Origin: Tubulanus polymorphus
Taxonomy: Eukaryota > Animalia > Nemertea
Direction of reading: 5' to 3'
DNA length: 64,000 nucleotides
Assembly: GCF_964204645.1 (NCBI RefSeq)
Contig: NC_134033.1
Coordinates: forward strand, 10,052,655-10,116,654
Of the stretch, positions 23,481-39,400 are shown one piece after another. A program made the translations under genes and the position numbers. Below the pieces are notes generated by a model. It saw only the letters and a list, made by a program, of their open reading frames with translations, was not told the origin of the DNA and made no database searches. Each line of letters opens with the position of its first letter. The stretch's first letter is position 1.

Positions 23481-24821
23481 CAGTTCACTTACCTTTCTCT
23501 GTCCCAGCAATGTTTCTTGTGTGTTCAGCTTTATTCAAATCACTGGTTTTAAAGTCTAGACTTGCGCATGAACTGACTCGTATATATTTTTTAGAAGTTG
23601 AGTTTTTAAGATTATTTAAGTCGCATTTTTATATATTTTTCATACTTGTTTTTCATATGTTAACATGTTTCTCATATCTATTTTTAAACTGCTTTTGATC
23701 CGGTTTCGCAGATGTATAGCAGTTAAATATCTGTGACGTGAGTTTGAATATTGAAAACAAAAATTACAAAACAAAATTATGAATTAGAATTAAATGATTC
23801 ACCTGATTTTTTCCTAATTAATTCATCAACTATATCAATCAGTTTTGCATTATTTTTCACCCAATAATTTCAATGATTCATCACCTATCGCAATTGACTT
23901 TCATTAATTCATCGATCATCTCAATCATTTTTGTGTTGTGTCGTTTGGTAAAACACGAATTTCTGGCGCCATCTTATTCTATTCTGATCGAGTATTAAGA
24001 TAAACACAGTTAAAATGTTTGCATGGCGCCTCGTTAAAAAAACCTAATCGAATTAGGTTTCCAAGTCTCAGAATAAAAAGTATCAGATTCTTATCTACAA
24101 AAACAATATTCGATTAGTCTTAATCAGTTATCGTCAATGCCAATAATTTGGGTGTGATAAGGCCCGGGGTTGGGATATAACAATGCTGAAATATTGCATT
24201 CGATTCGATTCAACTAGAATGAAATATAAACGAACAAATGCCACCCACAACTTAGTAACTCGTGAATCGTTATTAGGTATATTAATCGGCCTGCTATATC
24301 ATCCGGCTATTCTGGCGAATACTCTGTATGAGTGTGCGTTTATGTCTGCAAGTATGTACTTTAATAAAGTGTACTGGTGTGCGTCTTGGAGAAAACAAAT
24401 TCTAATACCCTCTCGTCGCACATCTCTTTAAAAGTAGCCTCTTGACGAGTCTCCTTGACATGAATGATAGGAACGACAAACTGATATCAATGACAAAAAC
24501 ACCGTGGAGCACTTGAGAAGTAAAATATGTTTATATACAGTACATGCATGCATACGATGCATAAAACAATTTTCCCAGTTTTAATCGGGGGTTCATTTCA
24601 CATTGTGCGCAGAAGGATTTTTAAATGTCGAAGTTTAGGATTATAGAAACGAAGCAGGTATTTCATTCAAAAAAGCTTTATAAAGAGCATCTGTTCTAAG
24701 GTATCCGATAAAAAATATAATTTATTTGCTGTGGTGCGAAAAAGCTGTAAGTGAAATGATTTGGGGGAAATGCATTTTGCAAAACAGTTTGCACAATAGA
24801 TGTCAAGACTGGATTTCAGAA

Positions 24822-25045
24822 GATGTAGGGCCTTTACTAATGCCTGGAGCAAGCCCACATATCAAATCATAGGTATAGGAGCCAGCCCACCACAGAGGTA
24901 GAGGGCCTGTGCCAGAAGCAAGCCCGCATGTAGGGCCTGTACCAGGAGCAAGCCGAACGAGATGTAGGGCCAATGCGGAAGCCAGGCGCAGACCCTTAGA
25001 TTCAGGGCACGTGCCAAGAGCAATCGGATATAGGGCCGATACCGG
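24822..25045. repeat. Degenerate ~30-35 bp tandem repeat
   Basis: Recurring gatgtagggcctgt..caggagcaagccc units. Confidence 0.6.
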
Positions 25046-26668
25046 TGGCTGTAAGGGAAATAGTTAAGGTTATTACATATTACAATATGAAAACAAAAAA
25101 TGAGAATGATAATAATATCTGCTCTACTTCCTTAGTTGCATCAATCACGTTTTCATACCAGGCACTCCATACTGCATACTGAATAAATGTGCCTATTGCT
25201 TTTTTAAAAAACGTTTTTCTGTAAATAACATCTCCAGTCAGCCATCAATTGTACAACTGTTGTTGCTGCTTTTGTCTGAATAGGATTTTTATTCCTGTCT
25301 ATAGTTTTATGGCTCATCGTATCGAGAAGAGCTTTAAGATTCTTTACTACGAGAATCTGGAATTGAAGATTCTATCCCGATCGATTGTCAGTTGACTCGC
25401 TAACATCAATCCCTCTCAAATGATTCTTGATTTATGTCACTGCCGTGAATCTAATATTGCCGCCGCTAGCTCGTGCCAAGACAAACAAAAACCTTATATC
25501 CTCAGTGGTGTAATGTGTGCACTCTATTGATACAAAAATTAACTCAGTTACTGTAGGTCAATAATAGAACCGTCTTTTAAACAGGTTCATAGCATTTTCA
25601 AGGGCTGCACGGGATATCATTCTACCAATTAAGGAAAACTTGTGGCAAAATATAAAGTTGGGGATGAAAATAGAGCATAACAAAAGTTAGAAATATGGGG
25701 TTGTTTGGCTATTTCTACAAAAAGAAACATCCCTAAACCTGTGTGGACACGATCCAGCGACCTCTAGCATGTTTGCCGAGCATGGTAACCAATAGAATAT
25801 AAACTGGTTGCGATTAAAGGCGTTTGCAAGTTCGTCTGGCCAGTGTGGTGACCGGTGACCAGTCAGGTGTAGTTCGTTAACGGTACCCGCTGTAATTCTC
25901 TGTTGATTACGACAGTTTCTAGTCGGAACCATTTGTCAAGAATTCTTATCCGGTCAATTCTTCCACCGATAGAAGTAAAATTTAGAGAAACTTTAAACGT
26001 AACAATTAGAAATATATATGTATAGTACCGTATTTCACAAACAACGATTCTTAATGGTCTATCTACTAAGTCCTTATTTGGTTTTTCAATTAATGCATAA
26101 TCTACTGACATATTACAATGCAGTCCTGTTGAACAAGGATATATAGGGCTGTATAAGGCCTGGGACAGGCCTACTCATGAAATTCATGTCCAACGATTTG
26201 CAATTCAACAATGCATGTAAATGACATGGTTTTACCATGGTAACGTTGTATATAGCAGCAACTGATGTATGTATACTTTGACTCAATGACTCCTCTATAA
26301 TTCAAGCAACGATGCCGGGTAAAATCAATATGCAGCCCACGTTTGGACAGACCTTCCAATTAGTTCCACGAAAGAAGCCGAATTCTTCGTAGCTTCGGAA
26401 ACATTTGGTTCACAAAGCAATGAATTCAATCATCTAGCTTTAATTTCTCGGCACCCTGGATACACAGAGTTCCACAGTTTGAATTACGATTTAACTCTAT
26501 AGAATTAATTAATTCATTTGTTACTGAAAATGAACTGATTCAATTTTATATCAAGTCAAATATTCACCGAAATTTATAGAAGTAGATCTTAATCCAAATC
26601 CATATTTACGCCTTACTTACATCTTTGGTTGAAACTTTGAAACTCATTTTTCTCATGATTAAAAACCG

Positions 26669-27090
26669 AGAACTATGGAATTGGGTCATGAATTGTAGAA
26701 TTGGGTCCAGAGTTTAACTTCGTCCTGAGTGATGGACCAGGTTCCTGAACTGTGGAACTGGATCCAAAACAGTACTGTGGAACTGGGCCCAGAACTGGGA
26801 ACCAGGGTCATGAACTGTGGAACCTGATCCAGAACAGTACTGTGGAACTGGGTCCCAAACTGAGGAACTGGATCCAGAACCGCGGAAACTAGGGACATAG
26901 CTGGTCCTGAACAACACTTATATTTGGGCCCAGAACGGTGGAACTGGGACCGGAATATGGAACTGGATCTAAAACTATGGAACTAGGTCCAGAACTGTAG
27001 AACTGGGCCCCGATCTGTGGAACTGGATCCAGATGTGGAACTACTTCCGGATGATGAAACTAGATCTCGAACTGTGGAACTGGATCCAGT
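26669..27090 (-). repeat. Degenerate 20-21 bp minisatellite (gaactgtggaactggatcca)
   Basis: About 19 units; reverse complement of the 15709-15992 family. Confidence 0.8.
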
Positions 27091-27451
27091 GTGAAATTGA
27101 GCCCTTCAGCTGGCTCTCGAGTTATAAGTGCAGTGAATTTAGTATTGAACAAGCCCTTCACGATGAAACCAGGCCTAGCTATCATTGTCTTCCTCCAGGT
27201 CCAGATATTTGAGAGCATCATATATTTTGTTATTACGTGATGCAGTAGGAAACTGATCAGACTCAAATGATACGTTGTATTATTGTTAACATATTCTTTT
27301 ATGTGGGAACGAATAACTAATCATATTTGCATACGCTAACATTAACAGCAGTGATATGATATATACATATAAAAATGAAATTACTATTCTCTGTTGTGTA
27401 TGAATCGTCATATGAGATTCGTGTTACGCGGAATTCTCTATTCTCTTTCAG

Positions 27452-30400
27452 AAACCGACAGTATACTCAAGACCGACGAACAATTACTGAAATGTGATCG
27501 TAGTTCTACGGGAACCGCCGATACAGGGGAGGTTTACGGAGCAGTCGACAACAATACAGACCAGAAAAATGCGGTTGCGGACGATCCGTTCAAACAGACA
27601 TCTGTTGCAACCGATCCTGGGACACCAGCACAAACAGCGCCTACGATCATCGATAGCGGAGTAGAAGTAACGGAATTTTCATCAGCAAAGCCTCGCTATA
27701 TAAAATATGACACTGGAGACTTTTCCGATAAAACAAACCTGCAGACAACAACATATACAAGTGATACTCGTATACAGCAGCGGCATATAAATAGAGAGAA
27801 GGATTGTGAAACTGTTCATTCGACTCCGGTGGACGGTGCTACTACTGCTGAAGGCAGGCTGTCCCCTTATAAAAATAGTCAGCCAGGAGATTTATGTGAA
27901 GCACCTGGAACAGGCCTCTCCTCGTCACCGGCAGCCTGTATAAAAAGGAAACATCCGAGCGAGGAGTTTTCTAGCGAAGCGGATTGCAGATATCACCTGT
28001 CGAGTGGTCGAAACAAGTGTAACAGAAAGGGTGAAGGAGGACAGGAGACTCGAGTCGTCGAGACGGTGAGTCTGACTAGCGGCGAACAGAAGCAGCAGCA
28101 ACAATTGTTTGAAGATTCACAACAGCGGCAAAAATATTATAGCGATACTAAACGACGACAAGAACCCGAGCCCGGAGAATCTGATCGCGTCCCTGGTAGA
28201 AATCGGAGAAAAACTACAAGGAAAAATAATCTAAATGTCACCGACGCCGGAGAGAATGCGAAGTTAGAAAACAGTGAGGCAATAAACGAGGATACTCGCG
28301 GCTCGATCGATTACAGGGGACCGGCGGTTGAAACGGCTAATGTTCATGTCAATAGTAGATCTATGGAAGAACAACACCTAGATCAGTGGCGGAGAATTAA
28401 AGATATTTCTATTGAAAATCAAAGTCTTGAATACGATGATTTCCTAGAGAATTATCATCAAAATAACCCGGATAATTTGAATACTAGCCCTGTTGCATAT
28501 TCATCATCGAAACAACCCATACTCGATCCTAACTATAGCGTCGATACTAACTATAGTTTCTTTTTGGACGGTTCGAATTCGTCGCTTGATTTCACTGCGA
28601 GAGACGAGGAACTACAGAAACTGTTCGATACGTGTACGCCTAACTCGATCAGTACAGACTCACTGAACGAACACGCTTCTAAATATAGAACGACGGCCAC
28701 CGTTTTATCCGATATCGAAAATTGCGAGATGGAATATAAACACGATCCAAACGATGATGATTCGGTCGGGGTTGTAGATTCGGGAGATATCAATAAAACT
28801 GTGGATCCCACTGTAACCGGTGGAGATGATGACTCAGACGTGTCTCAGCATTATAAAGTGAAATTCACCGATGACGAACATTTTACTTTAACAATCACGA
28901 AAACTGTCGAGAAAACCTCGCCGAAAAAAGAACATAAACGGGCTGCGAAGCGGATCAGGCTTCGGCGGTGGATCGAGTGCCCGAGGTGTCTCGACAGTAG
29001 GACTGCCGTCTCTGGAAGTAGTGATTCTGATTTTCAGCCTGATCAAGAAGATGCATTGTGGATCACGGAAGGAAGGCGCGCATCTAAAACGTGCGTGCAT
29101 TTACGCGACGGGGAACAGTTAACACCTGCGCAGATGCAATACGTAGATGATATTACTGAGTATATGAAAGGCAATAACGATGAATCAATGGACGAGTTGA
29201 GGTTGAATTCAGTGTCTCGTGAGGCGAGTGTCGACCCGGATGGGAGGTTGAGATTTAACGGATCGGTGTCCAGAGACCCGAGCGTCGAGCCGGATAACGA
29301 TGACGTTCAGGTTAACCCGAATTACAGACGCTTCAAATACGTTCACAGTTTGGACCAAACGAGTATTAATTCTAGCGATGAAATGCAAAGTAGGACCGAA
29401 TCGGTCAATTCATACTATATGAGCGAGGACGGAGAACTGTACCCGGTTCAGGAAGCTGTAGGCGAGCAGGTCTATCCACCTTATACAACACAAGCTCAGC
29501 TCGAGTTAGAAAAACAATATGAAATTGATAGTGATGATACGTGGGAGCAATGCTGGCCTGGAATACAACGACAAATACACGGCTCAACAGGCTCGTTACA
29601 TTCGAGATCAACTCAATATCAGATTTACGAATATCGAAATGTTCACAAGTCGCAGACTTACGACTTTACCGAGTACAGAGGTAGTAATATCGAATATGAT
29701 TTACACGGACATACGATCCCCGATCGTAGTTCAACGGATAGACTTCCTGTACAGGATAACTGGGACGATTTCGAACGCGTTTTGTTTCCCGATGGTCGCC
29801 GCGCCTCGCGAGCTGTCAACTCGCTTCCAGAATCGGTCGCCCGTCGCGGTAGCACGTACATCGTACAACACGAACCAGCAGCTACAACTGCATCGGACGC
29901 CAGCGCTACCGCAGCAGCAGCTTTACAGCTGCCGTGTGCTGCCTCGGAAAACGATAGCAGTTCTCAAAGTGAATCGCACAGTGAGAATGTGGATAGAACG
30001 TACGATAAAACTGATAGCAGAACAAACGAATTACAACAAGCCACTAAACAACTTCAGTGTATTCTCGATAATAGACAGTTATTACCGGTAGTTAATTATA
30101 AGCCAGGAGTAACTACAGACGATCAGGTTACATCTTCAGCAGTCGCCGATACCGCGGTGGTGGTGACAGATGAATTGCGTGTGTGCGCTGATCGAGTCAG
30201 GAGAAACCGGCGACGATTAGATGAAAGCGAAACGTCAAATACAGCAACGAGCGCCGTACGACTTCAGCAGCACGAGGCTCCGCTCAAGTCTGACGACAGT
30301 CCAGCGCTTAAAAACAATTCATCCGAGGCTCTACTACAAAAACAACTCGAATCGGATGAATTATTTACATCGGCAGAGCTTTCAACGACTACAACAACAG

Positions 30401-33400
30401 CAACAAAATTGCCACAATCGGATAACGACGAGACTATATTCGCAAAAAGCTCTACACAGATATCTGAAGCCGATTATGACGCTTCCATACATTTAAATGT
30501 GACATCGCCGCGAAAAGACATCCTGTTAACAGCGTCGAGTCGTTCATCCGCTAATAAACTACACTCTAATGGTGACGAGGATGCGAGTAAAATTGATAAA
30601 TCATCTTCTGATACTGGGATAAATAACGATACAGGAATAACAGCTGAACACAGCGGACTCGACACGATTCAACCACTGACTGAAACAACTATCGATGAAT
30701 TAATAGATTACGGACAACAGGACGTGAGCAGTGACGATCCGAGTGTAGTTAAACAGTTATTTATTGCCAGTGGTGGAGATCTTACTACGCGAGAAGTCGC
30801 TGCAGCTGCTACTACTGCTGCGGCTACTGCTAGTGCTCATCCTGTTGAACTGATTACGAACGATAAATCTTTAGAATGGCCTCGTAAAAATCAAACCAGT
30901 TGCAGCGCCGATAGTCAGAACGATATAACATTGGATTCTGACCGGCTAAACGATACAGGAGCAAGAACAGCAGGAACAGATCATAAGGTTTTACAGGATA
31001 CAATTGAATTTATAGTTCATTCACAGGACTCTGAGAACGATATCAAACTTCCCGGTGATGTAGATTATAGCGATTCGTTGGGATTTACTATCAGTGCAAA
31101 TTTTGAACAGGGAATAAAGGATGAAACGGAGCCAGTACTCATTACTGGTGACAGTGAGATTAAACTAGAAAAAGGACGACGACATAAGAGAAAAGCTAAA
31201 GGTAAGAAGACTTCAACTTCACTGAAAAATGTTGATTCTCCATCGACCGAAACTGCACGATTTAATATAAATGAATTGGAAACTGAGAGAATTGAAGATA
31301 GACCGTTTCAGGGCGAAACAGAAGAATCTGTTATCAGTGATACTACTCATAAACCTGAATACGATAAGTCGACATTGAAGTCAGAGAATGACATAATTGA
31401 GGAGACCATGCCCATTTATGTATCTCCTGAACACCTCGATCAGGGTCAAACGGGGTCTCATGTTCTAATCACTGGTCAAATATTAGATCCAAAAAATACT
31501 GACGTCAAAACAGACGGTGAAAATTTGAAATCGACAAAAAAGAAAAAAAATAAGAAGAAAAAGGTCATAGTGTCTCAAATTACTGGATCTTCTCAAGACC
31601 CTGAAGTGCCAAAAGATACCGGAAGACTTCCAGATACTGGAGAACGACGAGAACATGGAGCACGACGAGATCCTGGAGTACCACGAGCAACTGAAGGACT
31701 GCGAGATAATGAAGGAATTCCTCTAGACAGCAAAGTTTTGCCGCAAGAAGACTCAAATATGTCAACGACTGAAATCAAACCTGAGAACATTTACAGTTCT
31801 TCATACGGCATTGAAATCCGACTCGTGGACGATTCATTATCAAGTGAAATATCACCAAATGATAAGAATGTTTCCCCCGAGAAAGCAATAAACAAAGAGC
31901 GACCAGAAACTGATGTATGGAAGGAAAGTGCCACAAAACCAATATCAGATACTGAAAACATGCCACGACAGATTACAATATTACACCGCAGGGAGTTAGA
32001 TTCAACTGTAACTTGTAAGATGAGTTCGGATGAAGATCATCTTTCCGATGTGGATCAATCCCCCGATGTCTCAATGACCTCGTCGAATCTGAAAGCTCAG
32101 GTCGCGTCGTATAGTCAGGTGGATACTTCGGACCAATTATTATCCAGCTCAACCGAAGTTGCCTTGAAAATGGATCCGAACATAACGACTGTAAATCAGA
32201 CCCAGTCATCTGAAATGAATATGCCGACTTCTAGAGAGGAGACTGAGGAGATAACTGACAGACCTGATAATAACTCGATCGAAGTTTGTCCACAATCGAA
32301 CATTTTAGATTCAAGCAAATCTATGCAAACTCTTTCAAGTAAGACTACATTAACTATAGAACAAACAGGTACAAAAACCACAGGTGTTCGATCAGAAGGA
32401 ACACCTCAGCAACCACAGCTAGACGCAGAAGTAAAGACTGAACAAACAATTAACTTGGAACGATCTGAAACATTAATGAGTGACAAACCGATGATGGTTA
32501 CCAGTGAAAAACGGAGGGGTAAAAAGAAAAAGGCTAAAAAGCACCACCAGTTACGAAATGATGACAGTATTGATAAATCTATAGTTACAGTTGATCCAAC
32601 AGGTTTTCATATAGAGCACGCTTCTGCAGATGAAAAGAGTCAACATGAGAATGAAACTGGATTTACACAAGAACGATCTACATATCCATCAGAAATCGCT
32701 AATCAAGATATTACCGATATTGGATCTAGACAGGGACGACTGGTGGCAGTGCCATCAAGAGTTACAGTTGAAGTAACTGATATATCTCTTGTATCAGTAA
32801 TAGAAGCAATAGCAACAGAGGAGGAACTTGTGAGCGTACCATTCGGAGTAACAGATGATGTCATCGATGTTTCTCCTGAATCAGTAGCAGCACAGGAAAA
32901 AAGGGCTTACTCACAAACTGACATAGATTCACCCGAGGTAAATGTTAAGAGTGCGTCAGAAGAATTCAATCCGGTGAAGAACGAAATGCCAATATTACAC
33001 AATATAATTATGCTTTGTCAGAATGATGATTTGGCAGCGCCTGATAAATATCTTCAGGAAGACGAGAAAGAAAACCCTGCAGCCAATGAAGATAACTTTG
33101 TAGATGTGACTGAAACTGAACACTTAGTTAGAACAGATTCTAACCTAGACATGAATAAAACCATAGCACAATGTGATAATAACTCTCACCCTGAGGATAC
33201 CGATGATAAACCTCAGAATGGTACGCGCCCGACTTCTTCAGTCGATCGAGGATTTGCATTAGTTACTGTGTCAATGAGCCAAGCATTTACACTTCCTAAA
33301 CAGGTTCAGACTATAACATCCAGTGATGATGTTAAAACTATGTTCAAATCTTCAAATGGTAAAAGAGAACACGAAATTCCGGGTTCAAGGTCGCAAAATG

Positions 33401-36400
33401 AATCATTTGAGGCTGATAGGGAAGATAACATCCAACTAGATGGAATACAGATGGACCATAGAGATAAACATAAGACAGATTTCGAGAATGCAAACGTATC
33501 TGTTGAAATGGTAGAATCATCCTTAGAGAATGTTGAACAGGAAGCAGACGGTATTGAAACGGCTGTTAGGACGAAAAGCCCCGAGGTGGGAGAATCTTCT
33601 ATCGAGTACCAGGATAAGTTTACGTCTCCTGCGCATGAACCCTCAATTGAATATACACAGATTGTAAGTACAACTGATCAGATCAACGCATTGAACCTAC
33701 AGACGAGTAAAGAATCAGTCGGAATGTATGATAGCTTATACCATGATTCCAGATCTGATGAATCCAAGGCTCCGGCGGATCAACCTGCCTTCGATCCACA
33801 CGCTGTAATCGATCAAACGATCATTTTCAAGGACATGCCAACAACTGTTGAAGTCACTGTGACGTCTGATGATGTAGTTCAAGACCTGAAACCCACACAT
33901 CATGTGTCTCTAGACACTACAGATGCACCATCCGGGACGTATGATACGGATAGAGACCAGCCAGTGACACCTGACGAGCAGCCAAAACCCATAGAACATC
34001 TACCTACAAATAAGGAAAATGAATCAGTCGTGTCTACTGAAGATAGTTCGCTAGAATATCTCCATCCTGGGCAAACCACAATATCAGATGGAAAAAATAG
34101 TGATACCAGGCCTGATGAATCCAAGGCTGAAGTCGATCAAATTTATATGTCTATGGATCCATCTACATGTAATGAGTTATCCATGACATCTGAATATTTT
34201 GTAGGTAAAAAACCACCGCCTTTACCTAAGGCTAATAAGAAAAAGAGGCGGAAAAGAAAGAAGTCGAAGACAGATTCCAATAGTCTATCGGAGGATGGAT
34301 CCACCACCACGCCTCAAATTGCCACAGGCATTGATCATAATACATTTGAAAATCTGTCACCAATTTCAAGTGGAATCTCTGCATCAGTGGAACTAACATC
34401 CACTAAAACTATTGGCGATATGACTACCACATATACTGGAGAAATAAAAATTCAACCAACTGTAGATGTTGCAATCGATGATGCAGAACTTAAAACTGTA
34501 AGTGATAATTCAGATGAGTCTCCTGTTCAGAAGGATACGTACGAAGGTATTGACTGTACATCAACTACGGATATTGATAAGATTAAAGATGGCGGCATTA
34601 TTGACAAACCAGATGATTTCTCTGATTCAGCAAAACCATTGGATAATCTAGGGAATTTTGACGATATCTCAAGAGGCACTAGTGTTACACATCAGCCAGG
34701 TGATCCAGCGATATCCGATGATCAGTCGAATCCGCCGGAATATGTATCTACAGACAAGGAAGGTGCAGCAGTGATGTCTACTGAAAATAACAAACTATAC
34801 TATCTCCCTCCGGAGCAAGCTCTCGAATCAGTTGGAATGTATGATAACTTGGATAGTGATTCCAGATCTGATGAATCTAAGCCTCCGGCAGATCAACCGG
34901 CTTTCGATCCAAACACAGTAATCGATCAAACGACTATTTCAATTGGTACGCCAACTGTTGAGGTCACGTCTGATGATGTAGTTCAAGACTTGAGACCCAA
35001 AAAACATGTGTCTCTAGACGCGCCATCAGGGACTTATTTTGGAGAAAATACGGATAGAGACCAGCCAGTGACACCTGGCGAGCAGCCAAAACCTATAGAA
35101 TATCTATATACAGACAATGAAAATGTAGCAGTTATGTCTACTGTAGATGGTACACTAGAATATCTTCATTCTGAGCAAACCACCACATCAGATGAAATAA
35201 ACAGATACACCAGGCCAGATGAAGCCAAGGCTGAAGTCAACCAAGCCGATTTGTCTATAGACCCGTCTACAAATAATGAGTTCCCCATGGCATCTGAATA
35301 TTTTGTAGGTAAAGAACCACCGTCTTTACCCAAGTCTGATAAGAAAAAAAGGCGAAAAGAAAAGAAGTCGAAGAAAGAATCCAATACTCTACCGGAGGAT
35401 GGAACCACCACCACGCCTCGAAACCAAAACATATCTATCGATGATCACGGGAAGACTGATGCATGCATCGATGCCAAGGGTATTGTAATAGCTGACACCA
35501 AGCATGACAGTGAATCTAATCCTCAACAGGTTGACAAATTTGAAAAGACAGAGCAAGTAAAAGAGATTTCTACATTACATTCGCCTAGAGTTATCAGAAC
35601 AGATACTTCATCGATTGAGAAAATAAAGACTTCAATTGAATTAACTAGCTCTACCGAAACAACAGCTACAACTTCAAAAAATATTTCCTTGTCGGAAATG
35701 GAACCCGATAAAGAGGCATTGACTGATAGACGCATCGAGAATATATTTATCGATTCTATCGATAGCAATTCAATTGTCACGAATATTTATAATGAAACAG
35801 TTACAATTATTGGTATGATGGATAATGGGGCCCCCGTAGAAGTTGGAGATAAGCTGAAGGCACCAACTATAAGTGCCTTGCTATTAGACACATTACCCCC
35901 TGATGGACCGAAAGATGATAGTTGTGTTGGAGATCAAAGTAGTGAAGGCACTTTCCATTGGGTCTGTGATAAGACTAGGAGAGGTACGGATGACGAGGAA
36001 AAACAAGTGCCTCCTATCCCTGTACCTCTGGATTATACTGATGATATCAATGTTACAATTGACCGGACTGAAAGACGTATAGTAACGACTATATTGGATC
36101 AGTTAGTAATTACCACTGGCACTAAGATATCCCGTACGAGTGCAGAGCTTGAATCAGAAATAGGAGTAGAGCGAGGTGAATCCTGGCTAGAGATGGATGG
36201 CAGAGCTTTAATTCATTTCCCTTGTGAATCTGAACCTGGTGAACTAGTCGCAGCCAGCGAAGATACAGTGGAAGATGTTGAAATCAGAAATGTACAGAAC
36301 AAACCAGTTGATAGCAGAGAAGACGATGGTAAAGTAGCTTCGGGAGATGATCCAAGTGACACCAAAGACGTACCAGGACAAATACCTGACGAGTCACCAA

Positions 36401-39400
36401 CTGAATTCACTGATAGCGATGTAATAAAATTCAGACAAATTGAAACTGGAAAAATCTTGGTTACATATAGTTATTCTATAATAACTACCGGGACCAGAAT
36501 AATCTATAGCGACGTCACTGTGAACAATGAGATTTGCGCTGAGAGGGGTGAATATTTTATTGAAGCTGATGCTAGACCATCGATTCAATTCAGTGAAGAA
36601 CCTAACATGATTGAGATAGACGAGGAAACTCTCGGTGAACCAGAAATAATTGCAAAGGTAGCATCGAATCTGAATTTGACTGAAAAAACTACTGTGGTTG
36701 GAACTAATGACGCAAGTCTCCGAGAACCAGATGAAGAGAAAGGAAATGTTATAGACAATGAGCCTTTCTTATCCACACATGCTGAAATAAACCCGGGAAC
36801 AATAGCTCGAGAAATAGCTGTAGTCAAACCTGACGATCAAGCTCTCGAAGCGCCTTTATTGACGAAGAAGAAAAGGAAACAGAAGAGACAAGAGAGACAA
36901 AAGTCTCACAGAACACCGAATAGTAAACCAAATGAGGGTAAATACATTCCACACTCGAAAAACGACTGCGATCCGGGTTTATCAACTGAACAACCGAAAC
37001 AGCCTACTGAGGATGTACCACAACCTACTGAAGGTGTATCGCAACCCACTGAAGATGTATCACAGCCTACTAAGGATCGACCACAACCTACTGGAGATGT
37101 ATCACAACCTACTGAAGATGTACCACTCTTTACCGAAGATGTACCACAACCTGCTGAGGATATATTACAACCTACCGAAGAAGAATCTCAAAATACTGAT
37201 GATGTATCGCATCCTACTGAAGATGCATCAAAACCTAATGAAGATGTGTTAGAACTTAATGAAGATGCACAAAAACCTACGGTGGATGTATCGAAGCCCA
37301 CTGAAGATATATCACAACCTACTGAAGATGTATCACTACCTACTGAAGATATATTACAGCCTACTGAAGGTGTATCACAACCCATTGAAGATATATCACA
37401 ACCTACTGAAGATATATTACAACCTACTGAGGATGTACCACAACCCGCTGAAGATGTACCACTACATACTGAAGATATATTACAGCCTATGGGAGATGTA
37501 GCACTACCAAATGAAGATGTATCACAACCTAATGAAGATATATCACAACCTACAGAGGATGTTCCACAACCTACTGAATATCTATCACAACCCAATGAAG
37601 ATGTATCGCACCCCAATGAAGATGTTTTACAACATAATGAAGATATATCTCAACCTACTGGAGATGTATCGCAATCTACTGAAGATATTTCACAATCCAC
37701 TGAAAATGTATCAAAATCTACTGAAAATGTCCAACTGGGCAAGAAATCGAAAAAGAAGAAGCGAAAATCACATGGAAAAAAAGGAAAGCCTCTGAAGCCG
37801 ATGGATTCAAGTGGGGTCAGACCAGAGGAAAAATCATCAGCTGATGACCCCCAACCAATAGCAAATACATTAGACATCATTACAAAGATTTCCAGCTTCT
37901 CCCATAACGTAGACCTGGCAGCTCAGGAAGGAATAAACAGAGAACCTGAGGGGTTGAGTATATCAGCAATATCTACTGAACCAGATAGAGTGCATCAATC
38001 TGGATTAAAACATTTTACAGACGAAGCTGGTAGAACGCTACAGCAAGCTGTGGACAATATTTCACTTGATTACTTGACGTCGACTGGTACACAGCAGTTT
38101 ATTTCGAGTACGGTTTCATATTCAGCCACTATTGAAAGCCAGAATGTGCTGGAGTCTCCGGTTGATGGTGTCAAAGATACTAAAATATCAATCAGCGACA
38201 GTCTGGCTGAATTTGATGACCAAGACGGAGGTGATCCTGAGAGCAGAGATTACTCGAACCTAATACCTAATAAAACGTCTACTACCTATGTTGACTGCAC
38301 GGACACAAGAACAATCATGTTTCCATCGGACTACCTCGTTTTCATTCCTGGGACAATTGTGTCATACAAGGAGGTCGTTAACGACTCACACGCTGACACT
38401 GAAAGAGGTGAGACGTGTTTAATATTCGATGGGCGGCCATTGATCGATTCCACCGAACGATCAGGCACCCTGGCAGCCAGAAGTGACGTGGATGCGAGGC
38501 ATAACTTTCCAACACAGTCAGACACTACTTTAGCAGACAGGGAAGATGTGGATGAGGGACGGGACACTCGAACAAAACAAAATGTGGATAAAATTCCAGT
38601 TGATACTAAGATATCACAGCAGTTTGTTCCAAGTACACTTTCATATTCAGCTTCAATTGAAGGCGCGAATGTACTAGAGGCTCCGGACGACGAGGCCAAA
38701 GATGCGCACACATCCACCAGCGCAATTGTGGTTGATGTTGTTGCTTTAGATCAAGGGGGAGATCATAGAGCAATGACCAAAGGTTCTGCTGTTGTTAAGC
38801 TAGACGCAGGAGACCCTGAGATCAAACATAACTTAACGCACAAACCCGATAAAGTTTCTACAGTTGATGGTGACCTTACAGACACAAGACCGATTCGAAT
38901 TCTATCCGATTGTCTCGTTATCAATACTGGGACGTGTATTTCATTCAAGGAAGCGGTAATTGACTCGAAGGTTGACAGTGAACGGGGTGAGTCGTGGATT
39001 AAAGTTACTGGACGACATTTCATTAATTCTAGCAATCAATCAGACATAGCTGTGTCAGACAGGGACTTAGAAAAAAGACAGGACATTCCGACTCAACCAA
39101 ACACTACTGTAGCTGCCACGGGTGATATGAAAGAGGGACAGGACATTCGGACTGAACTAACAGAGGTCAAAACCAATATACCAGAGACAATGGTTAATCA
39201 TCCCGAGGAGGTTTACCCGACAGAAACCGTGCTATATATGGCTACAGAAGACGGAGGAGTGAAGGAGCCCAGTAAAGAGTCTCCGTCGACCAAACCTGAA
39301 CAAGGAAGAAAGACGAAAAAAGGAAGAAAACACGAGAAGTCTCAACCTCGGGAGAAACCAGATGATTCAGGAGATAAACGCAAATCTTCTACTGACAGAG

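Noticed and set aside
27394-27451. ORF-track start of the 5426-aa ORF
   Set aside because: Lies upstream of a strong phase-matched splice acceptor, so it is probably intronic
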